A DNA stretch of 64,000 nt from Sarea resinae (lineage: Eukaryota), in assembly GCA_026026165.1 (NCBI GenBank), contig JAPEUD010000020.1, forward strand, positions 186,001 through 250,000. Direction: 5' to 3'. Below, in pieces: positions 1 to 11,602 of the stretch (position 1 is its first letter; each line of letters opens with the position of its first letter). The translations under genes and the position numbers were made by a program. The notes beneath the pieces were generated by a model. The model saw only the letters and a list, made by a program, of their open reading frames with translations. It made no database searches and was not told the DNA's origin.

Positions 1-430
1 TCATGCGCTCGTTCAATCTCGATAACTTCCAGACCTCGCCCCTCATAGCAGCTCTATTTCCGGTGAGCTTGGGCCATTTGTCCAAGGCCTGAAGCTCAGG
101 AATCCAGCCCGTAACCCTTGCCAATAAGCGCTCAGCCAGCTCAGGACAATCCCACATGATTCTTCCGCAATTGCGAGACTCCAAAGCTAACTCTTGCCTT
201 CCTCCACCATGGTTGATCGTAGCTGGTTCCCACATTCCGTCGTTGTGGGCTTCTGCCGCAGCGACTAGTGTTCTGCATTCTTCCTCCGACAAGACACCGT
301 CGAGGACAGTAGCGTATAGATCTTTGTATTCAGAGAGAGGGGTATCATTGAAGTCAATCCGAGATGCAGATATCGTGGGACCCGGCCGGGTCAAGAAATC
401 GAGGGGCAGAGACGAAGCTTCTTCAGTCAT
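1..430 (-). CDS. 2OG-Fe(II) oxygenase / prolyl-4-hydroxylase-like protein, N-terminal part (runs off the window start)
   Basis: Manual translation from ATG at 430: MTEEASSLPLDFLTRPGP...YKDLYATVLDGVLSEEECRTLVAAAE...WEPATINHGGGRQ...SRNCGRIMWDCPELAERLLARV...RLNERM. This resembles fungal P4H-like oxygenases. It is missing from the ORF track because it has no stop in the window. Confidence 0.72.
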   Translation of the reverse strand, partial: MTEEASSLPLDFLTRPGPTISASRIDFNDTPLSEYKDLYATVLDGVLSEEECRTLVAAAEAHNDGMWEPATINHGGGRQELALESRNCGRIMWDCPELAERLLARVTGWIPELQALDKWPKLTGNRAAMRGEVWKLSRLNERM

Positions 431-1401
431 GATTTGAAGATTTGGAATATTTAGCGGACAGTAAATCGAACGCAATCAAAGACAACGATGAAATAAAAAC
501 ATATGTCCTGTGAGAAAGGCACGGAGTAGCACGAGAGCTCTGGAAGAAGAAACAGCTGTTGCCTAGAGGCTAAGGGAATCGAACGAACACCAGCAAGGTT
601 CGCTCTGCATGGTTCTGCTTCCTCCACCCCTGACAACATTGCTGGAGATGGGCCAAAGAGTGAGCGCTTTCTTGATCGGCGAAACTCGACATACTACTCA
701 TTGATTTTGTCAGTGACTGTCATCGAGAACATTCAATGTAAAGATGCAAAACGTGGACGTGAATGCATGATTTAGACGCGTTCAGGGGAAATTAGACTTG
801 CCAGGCGATCGTCGCCTCTCCTTCACTGTGATTGGTGGACAAGACCGACATTGAACCACGACCACAACCACCACCGTGCGCAATTTCGACAATCGATTCA
901 TGCGCTGCCTCTCTCCAGATCATGTCATCTTGCGCTCTTGCCCTCATCGCCGAGATTGAGAGCGTCCGTTGAGGTTTCTCGGCTTTGATTCTCACGACGA
1001 CTCTCACGACGATTCCTCCCTGGCTGCTCGAGAGCCGACGATTGTTGACTCCTGTCTGGTCTCCTGCTTGCTCCCAGCCCTGCTCTTGTCAAGCTGAATC
1101 GACAAACGCTCCTCACGATCGTCACGGACAACAATCTCAACGCTGTTTCCTGAACAGGATTTCACTCATTCACTGCATCTGACACGCCTGTCGACTTCCA
1201 ATTGTGAAGCATTCGTTACCGTCCAAGTGACTGCAACCGTGGTTGTACCCGACAATACTCGACAATCTACCACCCGTGGCCGACAACCTGAAACCTCGTC
1301 CGATTCTCTCTCTTCAGCCCAGTTCTAATCCGTTCATCACAACTTACGAAATCCCAAATCAGCATCGCTTAAGACGGGCCTTGCCTGTCAGAATCTCAGT
1401 G

Positions 1402-2634
1402 ATGGCTACACCGACACCAATACCCGATTACAATCGCAATCGGCTTCCCACTCTCTTCGAAGTCTTGAGCCGGAGGACTCTGGCACCTGTCGACCTCTTC
1501 TCATTCTACATTTACATGCGAGACCAGCAGCGATCTGTTGACTATCTTGATTTCTGGTATGTCAATCAACTCTGCCTCAGCTCGCCTGTCCGAACCAGAG
1601 CTGATCTAGTGACAAAGGCTCGATGTGTCCCAACACATGTCCCTCTGCAGGCACTATGTGCGCGAACTCCGTCGTTCGGTTCTAGTCGAGACACCCGAAC
1701 TCGAGAAGGCCGGTAGCAAACGATCCTCTGCGATCCTTGACAACTTTGGCGACATGAACGAAATGGCTGGCCCGTCAATGCATCCTCAGTCATCAGAGGA
1801 GGAAAAGAGCCGAGATCAGCGACTGTCCGCATTCTTACGGTCTGATAATGGTCCTAACGGTCATTCTCCTCAGAGCAGTGTCGGATCACAGCATCCAGAC
1901 AACGAGTATGGCGAGCGCCCTCCGAGGCCTAGCTTCATGAGCACACCTGATCGCCGCACGGACTCCAATTCACCCGCCCATACTGTCGCCAGAGCAGACA
2001 TTCGCGCCTCGGCTGAGAAGATTCTGTACACTTTCTTGTTGCCTGGCTCTGAAAGAGAGATCATTCTTCCTCAAGGCGTCCTTGATGACATAACCCACAA
2101 TATTGAAGAGCTCGGCAGAGATGACCCAGAGGTGTTTGACCCGGCCAAGGACTACGTTTTTCAAGCTATGGAACGCGATGCTTTTCCCGGCTTTCTGCGA
2201 TCCAAAGCTCTAGGAAACCTGGTACCGCCTAGCCTGATGCTGAGGCTGATTGTGGGGCTTCTAAGCATGTTCGGAGCGTTCTGGACAGCCTTTGCGCTAG
2301 TCTTCCTCAACAAAGCAAGACACACCAGATGTTGGGTAAGCGTTGTCATTACCTCCCCTTCCTCACTCAATAGTAACATCACCAACCAAATTAACAGTTA
2401 ATCCTGCCTTTCACAATCGGTGTCTACGCCCTTGCCACGCACCAATATGCCCTCGACCCGATCCTCGCTCTCGCAGGATACAGCGAATACACATTCATGA
2501 CGTTCTCGCGCATCCGCGAGCCCTACGTCCGCAAACTGCTCAACAAGCGCGCTTTCATGGTCCTCTGCGTCACTATCCTGACCGTAGCATCGCTGGTCGT
2601 ACTGTTTGTCTTCGTGCCCGGCAAGCGTCTGTGA
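1402..2634 (+). CDS. RAX1: Bud-site selection RGS-domain membrane protein Rax1; 3 exons (1402-1556, 1618-2335, 2398-2634)
   Basis: RLPTLFEVLSRRTLAPVDLFSFYIYMRDQQRSVDYLDFW, EGRDDP-like GRDDPEVFD...AMERDAFPGFL and C-terminal TM helices ending VPGKRL*. GT-AG introns 1557-1617 and 2336-2397 restore the frame. Confidence 0.9.
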
Positions 2635-3519
2635 TGTTCTTTCTTCATTTCGCAATGCCATCTGGACATGGGCTGTCGATCTACTTGATGTCACGTCCCT
2701 ATTACCTGCCCTCATTTCCAATTTTTTTTTCTCTTTTTTCTAATTCTTCTTGACCACGCCTCGTTGGTTGCGGTGTTCGTTCGAGGGTAGGCTGTTCCGA
2801 TACGATGGCACCGCGCGGCGTATCTGGAGCTTCTCTTTGGCGGGGTGTTTATTTCCATTTCCAGTCTCATTTTCCATGTTCCTTTTCCCCTTAGCTCTAT
2901 CAGCAAGCTTCACGTCATTCTCGCACTACTTCTTTCAATCCATCTACCTGCACAAGGCAATTCAAAGATGGAAGTTGTCATATCGAACGCATCACAATTC
3001 GGGGAATCAGAAAAACATAAAACCAAGGTTCCTTCTTTCCTATTGTTTCATTTCCTCTCCATCTCAGCTTGATGTGGTTGGTTACGTACGATACCTACAT
3101 TCTCCTACGTTTCCCTCGAAATTTTCCTACGTCATCCATCCCTCCATCCATCCCACGGATGTTCTCTTCCTTTTCTTCCTTTTCCTTTTCTCGTCTTCTC
3201 GTGGTGGTGCTGGTTAGGTGTATCTATCTCTACAGTACGGAAACCACGCCGGCAAAGCGGAATCAGAATCAGTCTAGTTCAGTTCAATATCGAATCAAAG
3301 GAAATTAAGTTCGGATCAGACCAGATCGGGTGCGTTCTTCAATATGATAAATAACAAATGCCAATCGCGCTATAGCTTATAGGTGCTATGACGTAGAGCA
3401 GGTAACATTTACAACTAGGTCGGTGAAGGAGGATACTTTTTTTTTCTCGAATGGCGTCCCTGCTGTTGTTGTTCATTCAATTGATTGATCAAGAATTGTC
3501 AATCAAGAATAACCATAGC

Positions 3520-3790
3520 CATAGCTATAGCCCATAGTCAAGCCATAACCCACACCCCTCCCACCTCCCTCATCTTCCGTGACGGATGCGAGATCATAGA
3601 TTCGTATCGAAGACACTCGAGATACTGGATATGAGACGCCGAAACAAAACGAAACGAAATGGAACGAAGGAAAAGCGCGATCCCTCCTTTACACGTACGT
3701 ACGTACATACGTATGTGGGGAAAAGGGTGTGTGTATACATGCATCTGTATGAATTTCGGCTTTTTTTGGTTGGTTGGTTGGTTGTTTGCT
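3520..3790. repeat. Simple-sequence-rich tract between convergent RAX1 and RAD1
   Basis: CATAGC repeats, (CGAAA)n, (TACG)n and (GGTT)n are visible. Confidence 0.7.
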
Positions 3791-3805
3791 AGCCCACGCA
3801 CTCTC

Positions 3806-5127
3806 TCAGTCGCTCTCATACTCATCCCCCTCGTCCCTGCCTCCGCGCCCAACGACTTCCGGCGACGAAGATGCAGACAAGGAGGCAGGCTCGTGATCGC
3901 CAGCGGGGTCCCCATCATCATCACCGTCCTCGTCCTCGTCTTCGTCTTCGTCCGGCACTAATGGCACGAATCTGAAGTCGACGAAACAGACCCCTGATCC
4001 CCCTCCCCCCCCTCCTGCTGCTGCACCACCGCCTTGGCCCCCACTAGCACCAGCAGCCACAAGCTCAACCATAAATTGCAAGCTCAGCACGCCTTGCTCG
4101 TCGCAGCGCAGACTTACTTTCGTCGCCAGTGCCATGGCGCGCGTGGCCGCCTTGATGAGGCTGAATTTATACGTGTTTCGCACTGGTCGGGGGCAGTGAA
4201 ACGTTTCTAGTAAGGATGAGGAAGATGAGGAGGGGAACGAGACGGTTGCCGAGCCCAGCGGCCCGGAGGATGAGAGCGTGAGATGTGGAAGCTGGGATTT
4301 TGATGCCGTTGAGGAGGCCGAGGTCGAGGTCGAGGATAGGGACGAGGGCGAGGCGGAGATGGTCAGGCGATGCGGCGTTGTGGACGAGAGTTCCGTGATG
4401 GCGTCGTGCAGCCAGGAGGAGCGCATGATGATTTTCGTAGCCAGGTGGTTGCGGTCCAGGGGAATGGTTTCCTCGGCTTCGCCTCCTTCTCCTGATGCCT
4501 CGGGCGCGTACGTCACCAGGTCGCATGTTGTAGTTACCCCCGCCTCCTCCAGGATGATGGTTAGGGGCGATCCCGGCGACGCGTAGCTAATGCGGCACAG
4601 GCCGGCGATGTTGAGCGTGCGATTATCAAACGCGGCGCTGGTGGAGTTGGGGCCGCCGCCGCCGAAGCGCGCTATCGTCGATGTGTAGGTCGAGGAGCCT
4701 TCGCGGGCAGAGCGGGAGCTGCTGGTTGCTTCGGTGAAGCCGAAAATCTGAAGCGTTTCGAGGAGGGAGGGGAGGGATATCTGGAAGGTGATGACTTCTT
4801 CTGCTTCCTCGTCGTCGCCATCGTTGTCGGTATTGCTGGACGGAGGTGGTGTGTAGTTGTAAGTTGTGAAGAGCGACCTGTCGAGGAAGGCCAGCCCTAT
4901 GCGTGCTGTTAGTTGCTTTGCCTTTGACAGTCTCTGCTGGTGCGCAACGTGGGCTACCGACCTTGCATGACCCGGGATTCCTCAGCTGAGAATCGCAGGC
5001 CTTCTCTAGTGATTTGCACCTGAGCTTTCGGAGCGAAATTGATACACCTTAAGAGGAGGAAAAGTTGGCGGGCGGAGCTGGAAACTGCGCTGAAGAGCGG
5101 TGCGGTACTTGTCGCGGAAGAGTCCAT
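3806..5127 (-). CDS. RAD1: 9-1-1 checkpoint clamp subunit Rad1/Rec1 (S. cerevisiae Rad17 family); intron 4961-4897
   Basis: PLFSAVSSSARQLFLLLRCINFAPKAQVQITREGLRFSAEESRVMQG|LAFLD, KIIMRSSWLHDAITEL, KVSLRCDEQGVLSLQFM, CFVDFRFVP and an acidic tail. Confidence 0.88.
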
Positions 5128-6032
5128 GATATGATGCGGGGGAATGGCAGTGCTCTTGGAGGGCAGGAGTGGGCACAGGAGGATCAATGAGGGAATCGAA
5201 AACACGAGACTCCAATTCTATTCGTCTACCTACAGCGTGCGTGCTTAGGCAGCAAAGAGGGACGTTCGGAGCGGAAGAAGACAGGATTCGGAGGGTATAT
5301 GAAAAAGATCCAGATGATAAATAAGGGGAGCCCTCCCTAAACGTAGACGCCAACCGCACAGATCGTGTAGACCGCGCCAAACCTATGATGAGATCAGCGA
5401 ATGCCCAATACGTGACGAGTGAGAGATAGACGCACCCTAGAGCCAGAGAAGCGGGAAGACCCAGGAGAGGGATGCTCTTGAAAGATCGATCTGTTGATGG
5501 TCAACTATGTCCGAGTACCGATCATCTCGTTGGATCTTACTCAATCCGAAGAGCCCCGTCAGGAGCAAAGCTGGCTCATGTTAGCATAGCCGCATCACCA
5601 CATCCATACGCAGACGATGCTTACCCGTCAACAGCAGCGAGAATCCCACCAAGACCTGGCTGTCCTTTGACACGGCGGGCTGGAAAGGATTGCCTGCCGC
5701 GGCCTCCCAGACGTCGTTCAAAGAAGACATAGGCGGATTGATCACGGAAGTTGAGAACTGCGGCGCAGAGAGTAAAAGCAGTTAAAACGAGGGACTGAGT
5801 TTCCTGAATCTTCAATTCATTCAAATGATCGCTGGAAAGGTCGCGGAGAGGTCGACCTGGCTTCAAATGGTGATTAGTAAGCAGTCGCGTTCACCTCGCT
5901 ACCTCAATCTTATCGCATTGCTGCCGGACTTTGGCCGATGACAGATGACACATCACAGCTCAGCTCGCAGCTCACAGCTTACAGCTCGCGTTAGCTAGTG
6001 TCTCTTCATACTGATCATACCAAAGGATAGCC

Positions 6033-7573
6033 ATGGCGGCTTCCAAAGCAGAAAGTGAGTTTGGACCGTTGCTGAAGTTCTACAAAGGGCCGACGACTGA
6101 TCTCCGGTGAAGACAGCAAGCGCAAAGCTTCAGACGATCCCGAGACCCCCAGCGCCAACAAGCGCATGAGGAGCTCCAATTCCCCCTCTGCCGAGCCGCC
6201 AGCAAAGAGACAGATCAAGGTGGTGCCGTTTCCAGAAAAGGTCCGTGGATGCTTGTGCCTTGCTTCTGCCCGAGATGCGGTTCCCTTGCTGACTCGAGGA
6301 CCTGCTCTATAGCCCGCGGTGATCGAGGAGCGCAATGGAGAGATCGAGTTCCGCGTGGTCAATAACGACAATTCGCGTGAGAGTCTCGTCATCTTGACGG
6401 GCCTGAAATGCATCTTCCAGAAGCAGTTGCCCAAAATGCCCAAGGACTATATAGCACGTTTGGTGTACGACAGGACGCATCTGTCTATAGCCATCGTGAA
6501 GAAGCCTCTAGAGGTGGTCGGGTCAGTGCCGGTGTGTGGATTTGAGGCAAGCCACAAGCTGACTCGTTTGAATAGAGGGATCACCTACCGTCCGTTCAAG
6601 GGCCGACAGTTCGCTGAGATCGTCTTCTGCGCCATATCCTCGGACCAGCAAGTCAAAGGCTATGGCGCACATTTAATGTCGCATCTCAAGGTACTGACTC
6701 TCTCTCACCCTCTCTCCCATACCTCTGTTCTCACACATCTCCCAGGACTACGTCAAAGCCACATCGGATGTGATGCACTTCCTTACCTACGCCGACAACT
6801 ATGCCATCGGCTACTTCAAGAAGCAAGGCTTCACGAAAGAGATAACGCTCGAGAAGCAGAGGTGGATGGGCTACATCAAAGATTACGAGGGCGGCACGAT
6901 CATGCAATGCACCATGGTCCCGCGCATCCGCTACCTCGAAGTTGGCCGCATGCTCCTGAAGCAGAAAGAAGCCGTGCACGCCAAGATCCGCGCCTTTAGC
7001 AAATCCCACATCGTGCACCAGCCACCCAAGGAATGGAAGTCGCTGCCTTCGGGGCCCCTCGTCAAGAAAAACAACAACAACCCCACGACCTCCAGTACCG
7101 ACCCCGCCGCCCCCGCTACAACCACCGCCCCAGACCCCAACGCCGTCATAATCCCCCCAATCGACCCCACCACGATCCCCGCCATCCGCGAATCCGGCTG
7201 GTCGGCCGACATGGACGAGCTCGCACGTCAACCACGGCACGGACCAAACTACAACGCGCTTCTGCACCTCCTCAACGACATGCAGAATCACACGTCGGCG
7301 TGGCCGTTCACGCAGCCCGTCAACAAGGACGAGGTGGCCGACTACTACGAAGTGATCAAAGAGCCCATGGACCTCTCGACTATGGAGGAAAAGCACGAGA
7401 AGGACATGTACCCGACCCCGGAGGACTTCATCCGAGACGCCAAACTCGTCTTCGACAATTGCCGCAAGTACAACAATGAGACCACGCCGTATGCCAAGAG
7501 CGCCAACAAGCTGGAGAAGTTCATGTGGGCTCAGATCAGGGCTATTCCGGAGTGGTCCTATCTGGCGGATTGA
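6033..7573 (+). CDS. GCN5: Histone acetyltransferase Gcn5 (GNAT domain + bromodomain); introns about 6055-6112, 6241-6312, 6522-6575, 6691-6745
   Basis: [64 protein letters not shown], bromodomain AWPF...[15 protein letters not shown]...NCRKYN. Confidence 0.97.
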
Positions 7574-8059
7574 TTGCTTGCTTGGGTTCTGTCTTCTCTC
7601 TCCCCCTCTCTCTCCCGTACCAGGATCGCCTTTCTTGTCCAATGGTTGATGGGGGATCTGCTGCTGCAGGTGGTCCCGGCCGCCCTCGGTAGAACAGAGA
7701 GAATGCCTGGTCTACTCCATCCTTCGATCGCACAGGAGTGTCGTCGCACTTCCCATTTACTTCGAGGCGCACCGATGACCTGGAATACTGGGATCTAGGA
7801 GTCTTTTTATCTCTATTCGAACAGGCCGGCTTGCGGAAGCAGTTGGTGACGGCCGGCGGACGGCCGGGGGTTGGGCGCTATCTCAAAAGAACAGTCGTCG
7901 TTTAATTCAGGTTTGGGTTGGAAGAAGTCGATAGTTGGTATTGTTTTCTCTGTTTTCTCTTTTCTGCTTCACGGATGGAAAACATTGGTGTTTCAGTTCT
8001 GGATTAAGGGGTTTGCTGCCAGGGTTTATCGGTGTTTATGTGATGGACGTTATGGGCGT

Positions 8060-9060
8060 TTACGTGATGGGCTGGGCTGGGCTGGGCTGGGCTGGGATGA
8101 GATGGGATAGAATGAGCTCGAGGATGAGACAGACGGTCCAGGCAGCTGAGTGACTAGGAATGTCGGGACCTTGGATTTCATCGATTAATCTGAGGTGGAA
8201 ACCTATCTCTGTCCGCGTTGTCTGTCCGCGTTGTCTGTCTGTGTGTCTCTGTCTGTATATGCATTTGTGTGTATGTGTGTATGTGTTTATGTCTATGTCT
8301 GCCTGCCTGTCTGTCTGCTGCTGGTTGACCTGCTGTCTATCTATCTATCTATCCACCCATGTATCAGCCCACGTATTCGCCCAACTATCAGATCATCTAC
8401 CAAACCATCTACGAATTCCATCTCTACCATTCCAGCCATATATCTGTCGTCAGGGTCCATCTCATCTCCCCCCCTCCCCCCTCCCCCCTCCCACACACAA
8501 ACACATACATATACATATACGCACATGAACCGCACTTCACCACCCGCACGACGATCACGGAACCCCCCCCCCCCTACCCGGATTCGATATCTGTGCTCGG
8601 GCTGTGCTGTACTGCTAGATAATAATAATAATATTAGGTGGATAGGTGGATGGGTGGACAGAAGTGTAGATGGATAGATGGGCAGGTGGGGGACAGTGGC
8701 AGATAGGTAGATGGGTAGATGGGTAGATGGTTAAAAGTGTAGGTGGATACCTAGATAGATAAGGTAGGTAGGTGGATGAACACAGAAGTGTACCAGAACA
8801 TACGAAGGACGGACGGACGACTGGTTTTTAGTCACCTAGTCCGCTCTTGTCGACCTGCTTGCCTTGCCCTGACTTGGCTTGGGTTGGGTTGACGGCTTGG
8901 TTTCTCGATTGTAGGACATCTTTCGGCGAGGATGAGGGCGACGTGGGTTTGATGGTTGAGATATCGATGAGGTATGGGTAGGGAAGGACAGGGCAGGGAA
9001 GGACAGGGTGGATGAAAGAAGGGGTGGATGAAGGGATAGGTGGGTGGGTATGCTTTCGAA
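8060..9060. repeat. Microsatellite island between convergent GCN5 and CSN7
   Basis: (GCTGG)n, (TGTC)n, (CTAT)n, poly-C, (AAT)n, (GGTAGATG)n, (GGAC)n, (TAGG)n. Confidence 0.85.
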
Positions 9061-9139
9061 TGTGGTCTACCTAGCGTGATGGGTCAAGTGAGTAGAAAAG
9101 GAGAGAAGACGAGAAGGGCCAAGCACATAGAATAGCCAA

Positions 9140-10212
9140 TCAACCAAGCCTCCGGCCCGGCCCACCGCCAAACCTGCCACCCCCTCTCTTCGCAGTCCTG
9201 GTCCCGCTGCCCGCTCCCCATGCAGTAGCCCCATCCTCGACATCCATCTCATCGTCGTCGCCATCAGCCCCTCCGCCGCTCACACCACCGCCGCCGCCGC
9301 TCCCACCCCCAAAGAACCCCCTCCTCTCCTCCCCGCCTTCCTCGGCAGCCGCTCTCTTCCCGCTCTTGCCGCCAGCCTCGCCCTCTCTCGCCGAAGCACC
9401 ACCACCGGCCCCACCGCCACCGGCATTGACGCCCCTCTCGACGAGCGCCTCGAGGCCTTTCTCGCGCTTGCGCCGCTCGCCTGCCACCCGTCGCACCGCC
9501 GCCACCTGGGCCTCGATCTCGGCCAGCACGCCCGCGCACCGCGCATCCCAGTCCGCGAGCACGGCCACCATGCCCGGCACGCTGTGGGGCGGCAGGTCGC
9601 GCAGCGGAGCCACCGACGCGATTTCCACCGCCCCGGCTTGCGTGTCGAGCTTCGCGTCGAGCAGACCGGCGTAGATGGCGCTGATGACGAGATCTTCGAG
9701 GCTGCGGGCGGTTGGGAGGCCGAGGGCCCGTTGCAGGTGCGTGTAGGTCAGCGTCGAGGGCGAGAGGGCGAGGGTCAGGAGGCTCAATTGGCGCAGTTTG
9801 TGGGCTTGTGCCGCGTTGAGCTCGGGGAGGGTGTGGTTTGCTGGCGGGTTGGCGGCAGGGTGTTAGTCTCTTTTCGTAGTTTCATTGGTGGTGGGTTGTG
9901 AATGGGCCCAGAGATGAGAGAGTAGGAGAGCGTGGATGGAGAGGAGAGAGAGGCTTGGGCTTGAAGCTTACAGGTATAATCTGCCCAGGTGCCCCAGGCA
10001 AATATCTCGAGTAGTTTCAGATAGGCGGCTTGTTCGGGGGTGGCCGTGCGTAGGGCTTGGATGGTACGTTTTTCCAGCAGCTCGGCGAACACGTACGTAT
10101 TGGGTGCTGAGGTCGCTTGTGTGATTAGCTCGGTGGCCGCGCGGGGAGAATTGGCCGAGTCGGCGAGGAGCACGAAGGGTTCGAGGGCGTTGAGGGCTTT
10201 GGTCTGCTCCAT
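9140..10212 (-). CDS. CSN7: COP9 signalosome subunit 7 (PCI domain); intron 9971-9841
   Basis: MEQTKALNALEPFVLL...ATSAPNTYVFAELL...LLEIFAWGTW, KLRQLSLLTLA, LEDLVISAIYAGLLDAKLD, VAPLRDL. Confidence 0.9.
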
Positions 10213-11602
10213 GGTGAGGTGAGGCTGGAGGGAGGGAGGAAGCAGGAGAGAGGAGAGGGTGGTGGTGGTGGTGGGGGTCCTGTTGGTTGTGATTGAGTGT
10301 CTATCGGGGATGGAGCTGTGACGATGGATATCTAGTTTAGACTACGATTTGGGCGGTAGATGCAGTGAAGGCAGTGAAGGCAGTGAAGGCAGTGAATGGG
10401 AATCATCAAAACACCGATATGGGATCAGATTAGGCTTCGGATGGATGATTCGATGTCATTATTGATTGCTTCGCTACGGGATGCGTCGACGACCCGAGCG
10501 GCAATGCTAATCGATATGCAGTACGGATAGCCGTGGGCGCCATTGACGGCGCTATCAGCACGCACTTGTCCCGCTCCGCCGTCGCAAGAGTCCTCCAGTG
10601 TCTCCAGTGTCTTGTCAAGAGATGATGACTACTCTACTACTACGGCGTGCCTACTCGTATGAAGTCGATTGATCGCCGTCTCTGGCTACTCGGAATGCCT
10701 ACGGCCTGGAGTGGAAATATCACTTTCTCACCTTCTCACTTTCTGGCCGCGTACTCGGAAACGTCCTCGCCGCGTCAACCAACATCGCCGCGTGTCCTTG
10801 GGATGCGTGGAGCGGGAGCGCGATCAGATCATATTGCGCGACCCCTGTTCGGCTGAGCCGGTTCCAGAGCGGGGTCCAGACCCGGACGACGCTGCTCTCT
10901 CTTCTCTGTCCTTTGAGGATAGTAATGGTCATTGCCAGTGCGGAGACGCGCACAGCATCAGCCGCAGCTGAGCCCTGGCCTGCAGCGTCATATAACTCGT
11001 GAAGAGCACAACTCGTAAAGAGCACGCCTGAGCAGTGATGAAGCCTTTGCTGGCGGAGCATCTGCGAGTACTCCGGAGTACTGGAGTAGTCTGCCTTAGC
11101 GCTCGCATCATCGCTCCGGGTCATCATCACCATCACCGCAGCTTCCAGCTGGTACCTGGCTACCTCCAAGTACCTCCCGACAGGTATCGGCCACCGACAG
11201 CTCCATCGAGAATACCTCTGCACTGTTCTCCCCTGGTCTCTTGCTGCGTACTTGTACTTCAGTAGATTACCTGCACCTGGGCGCATGCGGGAAACCCGGC
11301 CTCGAAACCGACCATTCTTTGACACCTCAGATTGCTCGTCCTGCTCTCTCTTCTGCCGGCATTTCCCTATATACCCTCGCGGCATCTCGAATCCTCCCCA
11401 GAGAGGCTGGCCTTCTCCATTTGCGATTTCGTCCTCGTAGAAAGCTTTTCCCACCCCCCATTTGCCCATCTTCATGGCCATCGCAACGTCTTGGACCATG
11501 TGAAGTGAAGCGAGACGAACCGTTTCAAGAGCACCACTGCTTTTCGAGAGAGCGAGAGAACTTGCGCCAGAGCAAGGCTGCGAGCAGCCTACACGGGACA
11601 AG

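Noticed and set aside
6731..7642. Long antisense or alternative-frame ORFs (also 14404-15147, 16422-17318, 45046-45936, 51727-52365)
   Set aside because: Shadows of GC3-rich real genes or translations of microsatellites.
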